Shown here: positions 30,904-43,987 of the stretch, one piece after another | Layout of the letters: each line of letters opens with the position of its first letter | How positions within the stretch are numbered: the stretch's first letter is position 1 | NCBI GenBank assembly: GCA_964016885.1 | Contig: OZ024765.1 | Span: 14,942,001 to 15,006,000 of the forward strand | Length of the DNA: 64,000 nucleotides | Origin: Eledone cirrhosa | Lineage: Eukaryota | Reading direction: 5' to 3' | Position numbers and translations under genes: made by a program | Notes under the pieces: generated by a model | The model's database searches: none | What the model was told of the DNA's origin: nothing | The model's input: the letters and a program-made list of their open reading frames with translations, nothing else

Positions 30904-31085
30904 TACGTTATTCCGGGTTGAATCGGAGGTAACCACAGTAAGTAAGGTACTCAATACATTGCAGATTATAAAAGTTTTAATATAGATGAGATTCTACAGA
31001 AATCATCAGGAATCACAGGGATTCCTGATGATTTCTAAAGAATGAAACAGTTCTAGTCCTGTAGAATCTCATCTATATTAAAACT
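30903..31085 (-). mobile_element. Fold-back terminus, family E, with an intact HHR in the short arm
   Basis: Tail at left (reverse complement of 27480-27543). Short arm 31018-31085. Confidence 0.8.
31018..31070 (+). ncRNA. Hammerhead ribozyme (family E), canonical core, GUA site
   Basis: gggattc CTGATGA t-ttc-taaa-gaa-t GAAA cag-ttctagtc-ctg TA gaatctc. 7 bp stem I, 3 bp stem II, 3+1 bp stem III. Confidence 0.85.
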
Positions 31086-31108
31086 ATATATATATATATA
31101 TATATATA

Positions 31109-31419
31109 TTGTTATACTTGGGGAGGGTCATATTTGTGTAATATTTCCAGAATTAATAACAGAACACACTCACTGTTTGGTTGGTTTTCGCTTTTCGCTT
31201 CTGTGTCTTTTATATCGGTAATCTAATTTATTCGGTCCTCAATGTTGCCACTGACTGACCAACGGTCAAAAATAATACAGATACAATATAGACACAAACA
31301 CATATATATAGTTTATCAAAGTTCTTTCGTTGCACATCTGCAACATCGTCAGTGAAGCTATTGTTTCCTTTCCTCCCGTTACATTGTATGTCTACGATTT
31401 CATATAAAAAACCTCGCCG

Positions 31420-31422
<3 letters not shown>
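31109..31422 (-). mobile_element. Family C PLE terminal repeat (inverted) joined to a plus-strand tail; HHR at 31308-31361
   Basis: Reverse complement of 57934-58214. Minus strand reads atagct-tca CTGACGA t-gttgca-gatg-tgcaac GAAA g-aa-c TT tga-taaa-ctat. 31394-31422 matches the tail at 58232-58276 in plus orientation. Confidence 0.8.
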
Positions 31423-31457
<35 letters not shown>

Positions 31458-31459
<2 letters not shown>

Positions 31460-31866
31460 ATGATATTAATAAATGGAAACTATATTTATTAAACAATATT
31501 TATTCTATTATATATATTTCAAGGGTACCAACAAACTTTGGTACGCTCTCATCAGATAAAATACAAAATTTGTTTTATAAATGTTGACATACACAAGAAA
31601 CCAGCCTTATCAGTTCAGATTCAGTGTGGATAAGGTCTGGTTTGTTGAATTTGTCAACACTTATGAAATGAATTTCGTATATTATCTGATGAGTGCGTAC
31701 AAAAATTTTGGTACCCTTGAAATATATATAATAAAATAAATATGGTTTTATAAATATAGTTTCCATTTATTAATATCATTGATATTATACTCCAGAAAAA
31801 CTGTAGAGTGCTTCGAATCTGTTAAAAATAAATTTGTTGAATAACCAACAAATTAATTATTTCTTT

Positions 31867-31870
<4 letters not shown>
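31458..31870. mobile_element. Fold-back family D copy with HHRs on both strands (31501-31563 minus, 31678-31738 plus)
   Basis: Both arms read ..tat CTGATGA g(a/t)gcgtac..ggtaccctt GAAA tatata TA ata(g/a)aata. Confidence 0.8.
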
Positions 31871-31950
<80 letters not shown>

Positions 31951-31954
31951 TATA

Positions 31955-32119
31955 TACACAAGTACAGTAGGTACAAACACATATAAAACACACCAATAAA
32001 CAAAGATAGAATACAAAAAAACAAAACACGCTCAAACGCGAACACACACACACCAAACATTATACACACTCGCAAACGCATGCGCTGAGACGGAGACAAG
32101 ATTACATAAATAAATAAAA

Positions 32120-32150
<31 letters not shown>

Positions 32151-32236
32151 AATAAAAATGGCGTAGACATTACAACACAATAGGAGGGGACAAAATTATA
32201 GTACCCCTGATGATGTTGCAGATGTGCAACGAAAGA

Positions 32237-32307
<71 letters not shown>

Positions 32308-32480
32308 GTATTTTTAACCGTTGGGCATTTAATGATAAATATTGATTGCCAAATAAATTAACTATGAAGATATAAAAGATACAGAAGTGAAAACCATCCA
32401 AACAGTGAGTGTGATGTGTTATTATTTCTGGCAATATGTTTACAACAAGATGACACTCCCCAAGTATAACAATATAACAA
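31955..32480 (+). mobile_element. Family C PLE 3' UTR and terminal repeat with HHR core at 32207-32240
   Basis: Homologous to 57750-58214. CTGATGA t-gttgca-gatg-tgcaac GAAA gaac TT, then interrupted by (TA)n. Confidence 0.75.
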
Positions 32481-32483
32481 TAT

Positions 32484-32517
<34 letters not shown>

Positions 32518-32524
<7 letters not shown>

Positions 32525-32898
32525 TAACAAATGGAAACTATATTTATAAAACCATATTTATTTTATTATACATATTTCAAGGGCCACCAAGGCAAACTAT
32601 GGTGCGCTTTCATCAGATAAAATACAATACAGATTTGTTTTTAAGGTTGTCTTTTTTCAGGGTATGTCAATATTTATTTATAAAACAAATCTGTATTGTA
32701 TTTTATCTGATGAAAGCACACCACAATTTGCCTTGGTGGCCCTTGAAATATGTATAATAAAATAAATATGGTTTTATAAATATTGTTTCCATTTGTTAAT
32801 ATATTGTATATTTACACCTCTAAGCTGGTGAGTGCTTTATATCAGTTATAAACATTTTAAAGCTTGTTGAATCCCAACAAATTAAATATAACCTCTGC
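32518..32898. mobile_element. Fold-back family D copy with two intact HHRs (32559-32624 minus, 32699-32764 plus)
   Basis: Both arms read tattttat CTGATGA aagc(a/g)cacca..tggtggccctt GAAA tatgta TA ataaaata, with a perfect 8 bp stem I. Confidence 0.85.
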
Positions 32899-33096
32899 AT
32901 ATATATATATAATAGTAATAAACGAAAGATATAAATTTATAACATATTTATAACTATGTATTTCATTCTATATATTTGGGGATGCAATAATGTTTAACAT
33001 AAATTAGAGCATACCATCTTCAAATAAAATACAACATGAGATGTATGAAATGCTTCTTGATATATTCACAAGATATATTCTGACAATTCGTATATT

Positions 33097-33128
<32 letters not shown>

Positions 33129-33380
33129 AATATATTATATATAGTTATTCGATCACGACAATGAGGCGCGATCGACATGTAAACATATATATGAGGCGCT
33201 TCCGATCCAGAGTCAGGATCGATCAGTAATCGATCGTTCCTCGAGCTGATCATCAGTGAAACATATGTAATATGTTATTAAATATATTTTCTTTGTTCCC
33301 TTATATATATATATATATTAGAGAAAGAGAGAGAGAGAGAGAATGAGAAAGAATGGTATATATATATATATATATATATA

Positions 33381-33570
33381 GGAACCAGTAAGACCCCGAT
33401 GGCTGAGCTCAAGCCGTTTCGACGGCTAATTCGGCTTGAATTTCGACGTCGAAACGGCTTGAGCTCAGCCGTCGGGGTCTTACTGGTTCCTATTACCCAC
33501 TCTACTACCCCAAGTATTGAGTACTTTGGTGCGTTATGGTCCACCTGGTTCCTTACCACATTTCCTTCGT

Positions 33571-33571
<1 letters not shown>
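33381..33571 (+). mobile_element. Fold-back family B copy
   Basis: Same structure and endpoints as 13885-14075. Confidence 0.8.
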
Positions 33572-33599
<28 letters not shown>

Positions 33600-33601
<2 letters not shown>

Positions 33602-33790
33602 AAGCAAAATATAAATAGAAACAACAAAGCAAATAGCACAGTACAATTAACAAATATATTAGTGTCAGGTTTGATATAGTAGGAAAAGTGTTTTAACGTT
33701 TCGGTAAATAGTCCTTCATCAGAATATAGGAGGAGGGGGACGAAGTGAGAAAGGAAAGAACGGAAATCAAATTATGAGAAAAAACACGTG
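33600..33790 (-). mobile_element. PLE-type terminus, family H, with a minimal HHR at ~33688-33728
   Basis: Minus strand reads att CTGATGA agg-actattta-cc GAAA cg TT aaaacac. Sibling at 61340-61500. Confidence 0.6.
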
Positions 33791-34368
33791 TGTATTAAGT
33801 CATCCATTTTAGCTAGTATATGCATCATAGGCGCAGACAGCGACGCTGTTTATGGGCCGAAACCATCGAGTCGTTTGCCTTCTAAGTCCAAAGGGAGATA
33901 ATCGATTGCTTCGCTTGACTTTATCTCGCAGCAGCTGTACAATAAATATTTAACGTTAATTTATGAAGTCACATTGATGTCGTATGAAAGAGTGTGTCAC
34001 CAGAGAATTTCAGAGTAGTTCCACTGGAGCGAATCCCTTCCACTCCCGCCTCATCAGATCGGCTATCAACAGTTGAATGAGCAAACACCATTTATTGGTT
34101 GTAATCATTGTCATACTATTTCCCCCCTCTCATTTCTAGAGATCGCAGGATAGAAACACACACACACACACGTACACACGTACACACATACACAGCCGTG
34201 CACACACGTCCACACACACATATACACAGACGTGCACACACATATATATATATGTACAGAAAACCCACACAGAAACACACTATACACAGCATACATATAA
34301 ATACACCAACACACACCCACGCATATATATTTATTTGTGTATTCATATACGCGTGTAAACATATATAC

Positions 34369-34412
<44 letters not shown>

Positions 34413-34559
34413 GTGTATATACATATGTGTATATATATATATATATAATATATATATATATATACATATGTGTATATATATATATATAATACATATATAT
34501 ATATATACATATGTGTATATATATATATATAATATATATATATATACATATGTGTATAT

Positions 34560-34593
<34 letters not shown>

Positions 34594-34594
34594 C

Positions 34595-34639
<45 letters not shown>

Positions 34640-34665
34640 TATGTATGTATATATATATGCGTGTG

Positions 34666-34713
<48 letters not shown>

Positions 34714-34755
34714 CATATGTATGTATATATATATGTGTGTGTGTATATGTATATG

Positions 34756-34888
<133 letters not shown>

Positions 34889-34911
34889 GTATATGTATAT
34901 ATGATAATTAT

Positions 34912-35280
34912 ATTTGTTTCTACTTCAGACACGAGGCCAGCAATTTTGGGGGAAGGTCGATTAAATCTGACCCCAGTATATTACTGGTACATTATTTTAA
35001 GGATGAAAGCCAAAGCTAACATCTTTGGCATTTGAACCCAGAACGTAAATGGCCATAACTCTATGCTGCAAAGCATGATAATAACAAAGATAATAATAAT
35101 AATAATAATTGTTTCTACTTTTCGCACAAGGCCAGCAATTACCCCAGTGTATTACTGGTACTTTATTTTATCGACCTTGTAAGGATGAAAGACAAAGCTG
35201 ACCTCGGCGGGATTTGAACTCAGTCCGTAAAGGGACATGACTCTATGCTGGAAAGCATGGCGTCCATGCAAGCAAACCGC
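34912..35280 (-). mobile_element. Two tandem family 1 SINEs (34912-35078 diverged; 35107-35280)
   Basis: Matches the reverse complement of 37027-37212. Confidence 0.75.
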
Positions 35281-35324
35281 CTCATTACGCTATGTTTTTT
35301 TTTAGAAATCCATCGCAATCCATT

Positions 35325-35825
35325 CGTTATTTGTTATTACCGTTGTTGTTGTTGTTGTTGTTATTGTTGTTATTGTTGTTATTGTTATTGTTGTTGTTGT
35401 TGCTGTTGTTGTTATTGTTGCTGCTCCTGTTTATGTCTTTTATAATGTTAGTATTTGTTGATGTTGTTGTTGCTGCTGTTATTGTTGTTGATGTTAGTAT
35501 TGCGGTTGTTATTGTTGTTGCTGTTGTTGTTACTGTTTTTATTTGTGTTACTATTACAGTTGTTGTTGTTGTTGTTGTTATTGTTGCTATTATTGTTGTT
35601 GTTGTAATTGTAGCGAGTTGTTATTATTGTTGTTGATATTGTTGTTGTTATTGTTGCTGTACTTACTCTTGTTGTTGTTACTGCTGTTGTTGTTACTGTT
35701 TTCATTGTTTTGCTGATACAGTTGTTATTGTTGCTGTACGTACTGTTGTTGTTGTTACTGTTGTTATTATTGTTACTGTCGCTGTTATTGTTGTTGTTGC
35801 TGTTGCTGTTACTGCTGTCGTTAAT
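35325..35825. repeat. (GTT/ATT) low-complexity tract
   Basis: Direct inspection. Confidence 0.85.
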
Positions 35826-35869
35826 GGTGGACCAGATTGAAAGGACTGAAGACAGACACTTTTCTCTTC

Positions 35870-36562
35870 GGCCAATCCCTCATCAACTGCTTCAAGTTTC
35901 AAATCGGTATCGTAACGCCTCAAAAAAGCCCTAAAAAGCTGAAAAAATGAAGTTTTTTACCTAATGCGGGCCCTAGGCCATAAACAAGTTGGATTTTCTT
36001 TGCTCGCGGAATGAAAAAGAGACTGACTAATACATAGTTACAATTTCAAGGAAATTAGTCTGACGTAACTCCTCAAAAAACCCCTAAAAACCTGAAAAAA
36101 CGCAGTTTTTCACCTAATGCGGGCCCTAGAGGATGAAGAAGTTGAATTTTTTATGTGCATAACACTCCCTGAAACATAAGTAATACACATGTAAAGTTTG
36201 AAAAATGTCGTTTGGCTACTTTTCGAGTTTTAGGGATTCTAACTCACACACAGACATACATCCTCAACGAAGTGACGTAATACAGTTAGCCAGACATACA
36301 GACAGATATTATAAGGGCGCGACGTTATATGTATGTATCTATCTAAAAAGAGGAAGACTAAGAATTATAGAGAGAGAGATCGCTAAATCGCTTAATGCGG
36401 TTCCTAGGGCATTGAAAATTTGTAATTTTTTTGGCTCAGAACACTCGGTGAAAAATAAGTATTTCATGTGTAAAGTTTGAAAACAGTCGGTTTGGTGGTT
36501 CTCGAGTTTTAGGGATACGAACTCACACACACACAGACATCCTCAGTTTTACATGTATAGAT
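35870..36562 (+). mobile_element. Probable Helentron-associated (HINE/DINE-1-like) non-autonomous element with ~160 bp internal repeats
   Basis: cctcaaaaaa..cctaaaaa.ctgaaaaaa..cctaatgcgggccctag occurs at ~35918 and ~36070. aagttt..cgagttttagggat..aactcacacacagacat occurs at ~36195 and ~36472. Ends in an ACAC/GACA microsatellite then tttt..tatagat. Confidence 0.5.
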
Positions 36563-36707
36563 TTTTATATCTTCATTGTTAAATTAGTCTCGCCATTGTG
36601 CACTTTTACTCGAGCTTATTGTAAACCCCCACTGTCCCTGTTTTTGTATTGTCCCCTACATGTCGGCCCTTGTGGCTAATACATGTAATTATTATTATTG
36701 TCGTTAT

Positions 36708-37212
36708 ATGAGTTCAAATCACGTCGAGGTTAACTTTGCCTTTCATCCTTACGGGGTCGATAAAATAAAGTACCAGTAATGTACTGGTGGATTGTTGGCC
36801 TTGTGCCTAAAGTAGAAACAATTATTATTGTCGTTATTGCTGATGTTGTTGCTGTTGTTGTTATTGCTGTATTTATTGTTATTAATATTATTGTTGTTAT
36901 TGCTGTTAGTGTTGTCATTATTTTTGTTTTTGTTGTTGTTGTTGTTGTTATTATCATTAGTGTTGTTATTGTTGTTATTGTCGTCCCTTGTGGCTAATAA
37001 ATGAAATCATTATTACTCTTACTGTTGTGGTGGATTGGCAGTATCGGTAGAAGGGCGGACGCCATGCTTTCCAGCATAGTTACGTCCCTTTACGATCTGA
37101 GTTCAAATCCCGCCGAGGTTAACTTTGCCTTTCATCCTTACGGGGTCGATAAAATAAAGTACCAGTAATACACTGGGTTATTGCTGGCCTTGTGCCTAAA
37201 GTAGAGACACTT
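36708..37212 (+). mobile_element. Two family 1 SINEs (36708-36822 5'-truncated; 37027-37212 full length)
   Basis: A-box-like ttggcagtatcggtaga, B-box gagttcaaatccc and conserved body. Confidence 0.85.
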
Positions 37213-37714
37213 ATTAGTCTTACTGTTGCTCTTATTTCTGTTATTATTGTTACGGCTGTTGTTGTTACTGTTGTTATTATTGTTACTGTTGTTGTTGTTA
37301 TTGTTTCTTTCAATCAGCTGTCAGTGTGTGCATTGTGATGTCAGCGTGCTGGTCTCTCTTGAGGTCACGTGCTTTGTCATGTTATACTTGTTGTTACTGT
37401 TGTTGTTATTGTTGTTGTTGTTAGTGTTGTTGTTGTTAGTGTTGTTGTTGTTACTGTTGTTGTTACTGCTGTTGTTAGTGCTGTTGTTGTTACTGTTGTT
37501 GTTGTCGATGTTTGTGTTGTCGTTGTTGTTGATTGTGGTATTGCTGTTGTTGTTGTCATTTGTGTTGTTGTGTGTGTGTTGTTGTTGTTGTTGCTGTTGT
37601 TGTTGTTGTTGTTGTTGTTGTTACAATGTTGCATTCCAATTTTCGTTCAATTTTAGAAAACTCCAGAGGGAAGTTATTAAAATAAAATATTATAAATAAA
37701 TAAATAAATAAGCA

Positions 37715-37746
<32 letters not shown>

Positions 37747-38084
37747 ATAATAATAATAATAATAACTATATGATGATGATGATGATATTATTGGTGGTGA
37801 TGATGTTGATATAATTGGTGGTGATGATGATGATGATATTGGTGGTGGTGATGATGATGATGATAATGATGATATTATTGGTGGTGATGATGATGATATT
37901 GGTGGTGATGGTGATGATAATATTGGTGGTGATGATGATGATGAAATTGGTGATGATGATGATGATGATGATGACAATAATCATACAAGAATATAATAAC
38001 AAAATCTATAAACCATTAACACAAAATTTCACAAAAAAATCTATCTGTAAAAATTTCATATTAGTTTCCACATAATCTTGGTTT

Positions 38085-38179
38085 CATTGCTGTTGTTGTT
38101 GTTGGTAGTGGTGGTGGTGTTGTTGTTGTTGGTGGTGGTGGTAGTGGTGGTGGTGGCAGTGTTGGTAGTGGTGGTGGTG

Positions 38180-38211
<32 letters not shown>

Positions 38212-39181
38212 GGTGGTGGTAGTGGTGGTGGTGGCAGTGTTGGTAGTGGTGGTGGTGTTGGGGTTGTTCGTGGTGGTGGTAGTGGCAGTGTGGGTAGTGG
38301 TGGTGGTGGTGGTGTTGGTCTCGTTGGTGGTGGTGGTAGTGGCAGTGTTGGTAGTGGTGGTGGTGGTGTTGGTGGTGGTGGTGGCAGTGGTGGCGGTGGC
38401 ACTATTTGTGGGGCTGGCAGTGGAGGTAGTGGTGGTAGTGGTGTTGGTGGTCGTGGGGGTAGTGGTGGCGGTGGCACTATTTGTGGGGCTTGTGGTGGTG
38501 GTAGTGGTGGTGTTGGTGGCAGTGGTGGTGGTGGCACTAAATGTGGGGCTGGTGGTGGAGGTAGTGGTGGTAGTGGTGGCAGTGGTGGCGGTGGCACTAA
38601 ATGTGGGGCTGGTGGTGGAGGTAGTGGTGGTAGTGGTGGCAGTGGTGGCGGTGGCACTAAATGTGGGGCTGGTGGTGGAGGTAGTGGTGGCAGTGGTGGC
38701 GGTGGCACTAAATGTGGGGCTGGTGGTGGAGGTAGTGGTGGTAGTGGTGGCAGTGGTGGCGGTGGCACTAAATGTGGGGCTGGTGGTGGAGGTAGTGGTG
38801 GTAGTGGTGGCAGTGGTGGCGGTGGCACTATTTGTGACGCTTGTGGTGGTGGTAGTGGTGGTGTTGGTGTTGTTGGTGGTGGTGGCGGTGGCACTATTTG
38901 TGGCGCTTGTGGTGGTGGTAGTGGTGGTGTTGGTGTTGTTGGTGGTGGTGGCGGTGGCACTATTTGTGGCGGGGGCTGGTAGTGGAGCTAGTGGTGTTGT
39001 TGGTGGTGGTGGCGGTGGCACTATTTGTGGCGGGGGCTGGTAGTGGAGCTAGTGGTGGTGTTGGTGGCAGTGGTGGCGGTGGCACTATTTGTGGGGCTTG
39101 TGGTGGTGTTGGTGGCGGTGGTACTATTGTGGTGGCGTTGGTGGTGGTGTTGTAGGTGTTGGGGGTAGTGGTGGCGGTGGA
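38085..39181. repeat. (GGT/GGC/AGT) compound minisatellite, 51-60 bp unit
   Basis: ggtggcacta(aa/tt)tgtgg recurs with period 60 at 38521, 38581 and 38641. Confidence 0.9.
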
Positions 39182-39219
39182 GTCTTAGTTGTTAACGTTG
39201 TAAATATAATTTGGAATGT

Positions 39220-40550
39220 TTTGGTGTTTTTCTTGTTTTAGCTGTTGTTGTAACTGTTGTTGTTGTCGTTGCTGTAGCAATTGTTGTTTTTGTTGTTGTA
39301 GTAGTTGTTGTTATTGATGTTTTTGTCATTGTTATTATTGCTGTTGCTATTGTTGTTGTTGTTGTTGCTGTAGAAATTGTTTTTGTTGTTGTACCAGTTG
39401 TTGTTATTGCTGTTTTTGTCATTGTTGTTGTAGCTGTTACTATTGTTGTTGTTGTAGCAGTTGTTCTTGTTGTTGTAGTTGTTATTGCTGTTTTTGTCAT
39501 TGTTGTTGTTGCTAGTGTTGTTGTTGTTGCTGTTGCTATTGTTACTGTAGAAATTGTTCTTGTTGTTGTACCAGTTGTTGTTATGGCTGTTTTTGTCATT
39601 GTTGTTGTTGCTGTTACTATTGTTGTTGTTGTAGCAGTTGTTGTTTTTGTTGTTGTTGTTGTTATTACTGTTTTTGTCATTGTTGTTCTAGCTGTTACTA
39701 TTGTTGTTGTTGTAGCAGTTGTTGTTTTTGTTGTAGTTGTTGTTATTGCTGTTTTTGTCATTGTTGTTGTTGCTGTAGCAGTTGTTCTTGTTGTTGTAGT
39801 TGTTGTTATTGCTGTTTTTGTCATTGTTGTTGTTGCTAGTGTTGTTGTTGTTGCTGTAGCAGTTGTTCTTGTTGTTGTTGTAGTTGTTGTTATTGCTGTT
39901 TTTGTCATTGTTGTTGTTGCTAGTGTTGGTGTTGCTGTAGCAGTTGTTCTTGTTGTTGTAGTTGTTGTTATTGCTGTTTTTGTCATTGTTGTTGTTGCTA
40001 GTGTTGTTGTTGTTGCTGTAGCAGTTGTTATTGTTGCTGTTGTAGTTGTTGTTATTGCTGTTTTTGTCATTGTTGTTGTTGCTAGTGTTGTTGTTGTTGC
40101 TGTAGCAGTTGTTCTTGTTGTTGTTATTGCTGTTTTTGTCATTGTTGTTGTAGCTGTTACTATTGTTGTTGTTGTAGCAGTTGTTGTTTTTGTTGTAGTT
40201 GTTGTTATTGCTGTTTTTGTCATTGTTGTTGTTGCTAGTGTTGTTGTTGTTGCTGTAGCAGTTGTTATTGTTGCTGTTGTAGTTGTTGTTATTGCTGTTT
40301 TTGTCATTGTTATTGTTGCTAGTGTTGTTGTTGTTGCTGTAGCAGTTGTTATTGTTGCTGTTGTAGTTGTTGTTATTGCTGTTTTGTCATTGTTGTTGTT
40401 GCTAGTGTTGTTGTTGCTGTAGCAGCTGTTCTTGTTGTTGTAGTTGTTGTTATTGCTGTTTTTGTCATTGTTGTTGTTGCTAGTGTTGTTGTTGTTGCTG
40501 TAGCAGTTGTTATTGTTGCTGTTGCTAGTGGTGTTGTTGTTGTTGTTGTA
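39220..40550. repeat. (GTT) compound minisatellite, ~60-100 bp unit
   Basis: Marker gctgtttttgtcattgtt recurs throughout. Confidence 0.9.
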
Positions 40551-40894
40551 TCAGCTGCTAATTGTATTGTCTACACGTCTTAAAGGAATTCTGGGACAAT
40601 TTGTGCTGTCAGAAATTAAGAAAAATAACACATCACCCCCACGCCTTCCCCACCACCACCACCACCACCACCACCACAACCAATACATTTCAACACCACC
40701 TCTCTCTGGCTATGTATATATATTTATATACACATATACACTAAATATATATACACATATGCACTATAAATATATATATATATATATATAGACACACATA
40801 TACACGATATATATATATAAACCCACACAAACACACAGACATATATATATACAACCCACCCCCAACCCAACACACACACAAATATATATATATA

Positions 40895-41180
<286 letters not shown>

Positions 41181-41303
41181 ACACAAAAGCACACACACAT
41201 ATACAAACATACACACACACACACATACACATATATGCAGACACATACACACACGTAGGAAGGGTAAAAGACAGGAGAGTGCTTTATGTAGGTTACAGAG
41301 CTT

Positions 41304-41357
<54 letters not shown>

Positions 41358-41594
41358 GCAAAAATAAATAGAGCAAAAGGCAATACATTTAAAATACGAG
41401 ATCTTGTTTTTAAATGTATTGCCTTCACCGTTTACATTTGCTGACACTTGTTCTGCTTACCTTCTGCGCTTAATTCTCATTAAACTTACCCCTTACTATA
41501 ATATTTAAAACTACATCTCTAGGCATTGAGCACACATTGCCTCGGTGATTGGCATCTAATATATTATATTATAGTTTTTTTTTTCTATTCCTAA

Positions 41595-41971
41595 GATGGT
41601 ATCTGTAGACATTACAATACAATAGGAGAACACTTGATAATAGTACCATTGATGATGTTGTAACGAAAGAACTTTGACAGACTATATATATTCTTTAGAA
41701 TCTGCCACTGACCAGAGGCAGTGAATTTTTTCAGTGCTCCGAAATTTAGTCCTCGCTAGCTTTGTTCCACCCACTGAATTATTATTATATTTATATGGGT
41801 TCCTAGTGTCCGCGCATTGCCTAGGAACTTAGCTGAGAATAGACTTCCGGATGACGTATGGAATTCTCTATAGTTATATTATGAAACTATATTTATCCCC
41901 ATACAGAAACTAATTAGTTGAGTGAAAATTTTAGTTGATTTTTGATTTTTAAAATGTTCTTATTTTACGTC

Positions 41972-42009
<38 letters not shown>

Positions 42010-42180
42010 CTGTATTTTTAACTGCTGGTGAATCAATGAGAAACATTGATTGCCAGATAAATTAACTATGGATATATATTAAAAGATACAGAAGCGAAAA
42101 CCAACCAATCAGTGAGCATCTGTTATTATTTCTGGCAATATTACCACAATATGACCCCCCCCCCCCAAAGTATAACAATA
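41595..42180 (+). mobile_element. Diverged family C terminus split by a nested insertion (~41692-41976)
   Basis: TTGATGA tgttgtaac GAAA gaac TT tgac at 41649-41678. Family C sequence resumes at ~42005 and ends atgacccc..aagtataac. Confidence 0.6.
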
Positions 42181-42375
42181 TATATATATATATATATTTA
42201 GGGAAGCAGAAGATTGCTCATTGTAATCCACTTCGTGGTTAAGAAACCCAGTTTCATGGACGTTTTCAACGTACAGTTAGGGGTAACTCCACAAGTTTGT
42301 AAGAATTCCGTTCAATCTTGGAGTAAGTACCTGGATAAAATCCTCTTTTTAATGCTTACCTGTGTTTCTCTGTTA

Positions 42376-42453
<78 letters not shown>

Positions 42454-42749
42454 AATGGTCGTTTTGGTAGCCTCCACAATGCAGGTGGGTTTTTCCAGGA
42501 AAAATAAAGAAATATAGCTACAAAAAGCCACGTAGGTTCCTGTCCCGACATATATTTCTCCCTGGAAACCATCCGTCGGTACATGTAACATCCGAAATAT
42601 AGAGACAAATAAATCTCTTCCAAGGTAACTCCATCTTTACGCCCTTTTACGTTTCTTTCTACTTTTCTCTTCCTTCTTCCTAATGCCACCTGAATTTGTT
42701 AACCAGAGATTTACCCATCTGCATTGTAGAGCCTTCCAAATCAACCATT

Positions 42750-42798
<49 letters not shown>

Positions 42799-42855
42799 TG
42801 TATATATATATAGATATACACACTTGTTAAGTATTTCCGTAGAAAATTGATACTG

Positions 42856-42931
42856 TTATTTCATTTGATGAACGAACTGGACGTTTCTGTAAAGATCGTC
42901 TAGTTTCCTGAAACCTTTGGTAATGGAATAA
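42856..42931 (+). ncRNA. Hammerhead ribozyme, C3U variant, GUA site
   Basis: ttatttcat TTGATGA ac-gaactggacg-(13 nt)-cgtctagttt-cct GAAA cc-ttt-gg TA atggaataa. 9 bp stem I and 10 bp stem II. Confidence 0.8.
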
Positions 42932-42953
42932 TTACATTGTGTTGTTTATTATG

Positions 42954-43024
<71 letters not shown>

Positions 43025-43029
<5 letters not shown>

Positions 43030-43400
43030 GAAAAGTATAGAAATTGTTGTAGCGAGAAGCTAACAGTATTCCATAATATATAAGTGCCTATAGCGTCAAA
43101 ATGGGAAAATAGTTAACATAAGATATGGGAAAAATAATTCAAACTCAATTCAAAAATAATCAGGATATAGATTTATCCAACATAATTTAGAGAAATCCAG
43201 GGAAAAATCAATAGAGCCTTAACTCATGATAAAATAAAGTCTAAAGTAATCATCCTTCAATTTGGGACAACTTCAAATGCTCTGTATAGTCTTGAAAAGA
43301 CTATTTTACGAAATATTTCAGTGGGGATGGTCACGGTTGGATTTCGTTCATCAGCAGAGCTCAACATGGTAACCAAGGTCAACGTGGTAACCAAGGGAAT
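43025..43400 (-). mobile_element. PLE-type terminus, family I, with an HHR at 43279-43360 carrying G12A
   Basis: Minus strand reads gctctg CTGATGA acgaaat-..-atttcgt AAAA tagtctt-ttc-aagacta TA cagagc. Tail also at 21903-21957 and 28157-28200. Confidence 0.75.
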
Positions 43401-43581
43401 TTAAAAGCAGGCTAGTTTAACATCATGCGTGATTATGAAAATAAAACGCGCATGTGGAAAAACAGGGCTGGTGACGTCAGAATGAGACGAATGTTTGTTT
43501 TCATGAAACAACAGTCAAAACAATTCCGAAAAACATTTCGTTTCTGAATTATTGGCAACATGACCCTCCCATAGCATAACA

Positions 43582-43694
<113 letters not shown>

Positions 43695-43987
43695 AGTGTG
43701 TGTGAGTGTGTGTGAGTGTGTGTGTGTGTGTGTGTGTCAGTGTGTGTGTGTATGAGCGTAAAAAAACCATATTTATAAAGAAATAATTACTGAAATATAC
43801 CAAAATACTGACAGAGGCGAAAAGAAACAGAAAAACAATCAATAGAAAAAGTAAACAACACAGTAAGCCTAAACAAACAGCTAGAGGAGTAAATATATAA
43901 AACAAATAAAGCATACTAATGAATAAACAAATAAACCATTAAGCCAACAACAACAACAACAATTAATGAGATGTAATAAGTTGCACT

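Noticed and set aside
38056-40422. Gly-rich (GGGTKCGAGG), Thr-rich mucin-like and Pro-rich ORFs
   Set aside because: Overlapping frames of GGT/GTT minisatellites, with nothing favouring one frame.
41700-41765. CTGACCA..hairpin..GAAA tttag TC, and similar partial motifs at ~33250, ~34050, ~47450-47560 and ~49070
   Set aside because: Core mismatches and no pairing stem I; not distinguishable from chance by eye.
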